A program made the translations under genes and the position numbers. This document shows, one piece after another, positions 63,740-64,000 of a DNA stretch of 64,000 bases (position 1 is its first letter; the number at the start of each line of letters is the position of its first letter). The stretch comes from a virus. The stretch is from positions 10,180 to 74,179 of IMG/VR virus record IMGVR_UViG_3300047409_000248; one strand, written 5' to 3'. The notes under the pieces are model-generated. The model saw only the letters and a program-made list of their open reading frames with translations, ran no database searches and was not told the origin of the DNA.

Positions 63740-64000
63740 TGCCGCTGATCAAATCAGGAAGCAAACCAGCCATCTCTTCCAATATCCGGGAGATGATGAA
63801 AGCTGGACATCCACAGGATCAGGCTGTGGCGGCTGCACTTTCTACCGCTCGCAAGTATGGCAAAGCGGCTGGTGGTGGCATCAAGATTGGTGGCAAGAAG
63901 GTTCCCTACCAGATCGGCGGTAATTCCTCCAAGAAGCCTTGGAAGGGCTACAAGTATGGTGGGATTGTTAGAAAGGCTGAAGGTGGTGAGACTGACGTAG
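63739..64000 (+). CDS. Partial ORF: basic protein with KxxGG motifs (probable internal virion protein)
   Basis: MPLIKSGSKPAISSNIREMMKAGHPQDQAVAAALSTARK, then KAAGG, YKYGG, KAEGG; runs off the window. Confidence 0.7.
   Translation, partial: MPLIKSGSKPAISSNIREMMKAGHPQDQAVAAALSTARKYGKAAGGGIKIGGKKVPYQIGGNSSKKPWKGYKYGGIVRKAEGGETDV

Larger units (their letters stand above)
1..64000. mobile_element. Tailed bacteriophage genome segment (podovirus-like, probable alphaproteobacterial host)
   Basis: TerL, TerS, portal, scaffold, major capsid, adaptor/nozzle and fibre genes, ERF/YqaJ recombination genes and GcrA; dense, translationally coupled small ORFs; no host housekeeping block. Confidence 0.97.

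Noticed and set aside
1-64000. tRNA genes, integrase, DNA/RNA polymerase, reverse transcriptase/DGR, recoded stop codons
   Set aside because: No supporting motifs were seen. Long genes are intact in the standard code, and the fibre repeats differ at synonymous sites, not only at adenines.

Overview
The whole window is part of a tailed dsDNA phage genome with podovirus-like virion genes and no tape measure. The likely host is an alphaproteobacterium (GcrA homologue; Bradyrhizobium-like small secreted proteins). Both window ends fall inside phage genes. No integrase, DNA or RNA polymerase, tRNA or CRISPR array was recognised. Layout: end of a putative lysis module (1-1.4 kb, +); recombination/accessory operon with AAA ATPase, SSB-like, ERF and YqaJ exonuclease (1.4-10.9 kb, -); Cro-like, GcrA, RusA, replication initiator with internal iterons, small terminase and endonuclease-VII-like genes (10.9-17.9 kb); a putative early operon with kinase, DUF3150-like, MoxR-AAA and VWA genes (17.9-24.7 kb, -); a non-coding divergence/skew-switch region (24.7-26.1 kb); small unknown genes (26-31 kb, +); a pseudaminic-acid-type nonulosonic acid biosynthesis cluster (30.9-39.6 kb, -); and the packaging, head and tail module (40.1-64 kb, +). 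Three candidate novel systems stand out. (1) A phage-encoded nonulosonic acid pathway plus a Cst-II/Maf-like transferase placed among very Ser/Thr-rich virion proteins, suggesting virion glycosylation. (2) About 11 covarying two-state RNA hairpins that fill the gene junctions of the early operon. (3) An acidic amphipathic C-terminal tag shared by about 10 otherwise largely unrelated small proteins. All family calls come from motif recognition by eye; no database searches were run.
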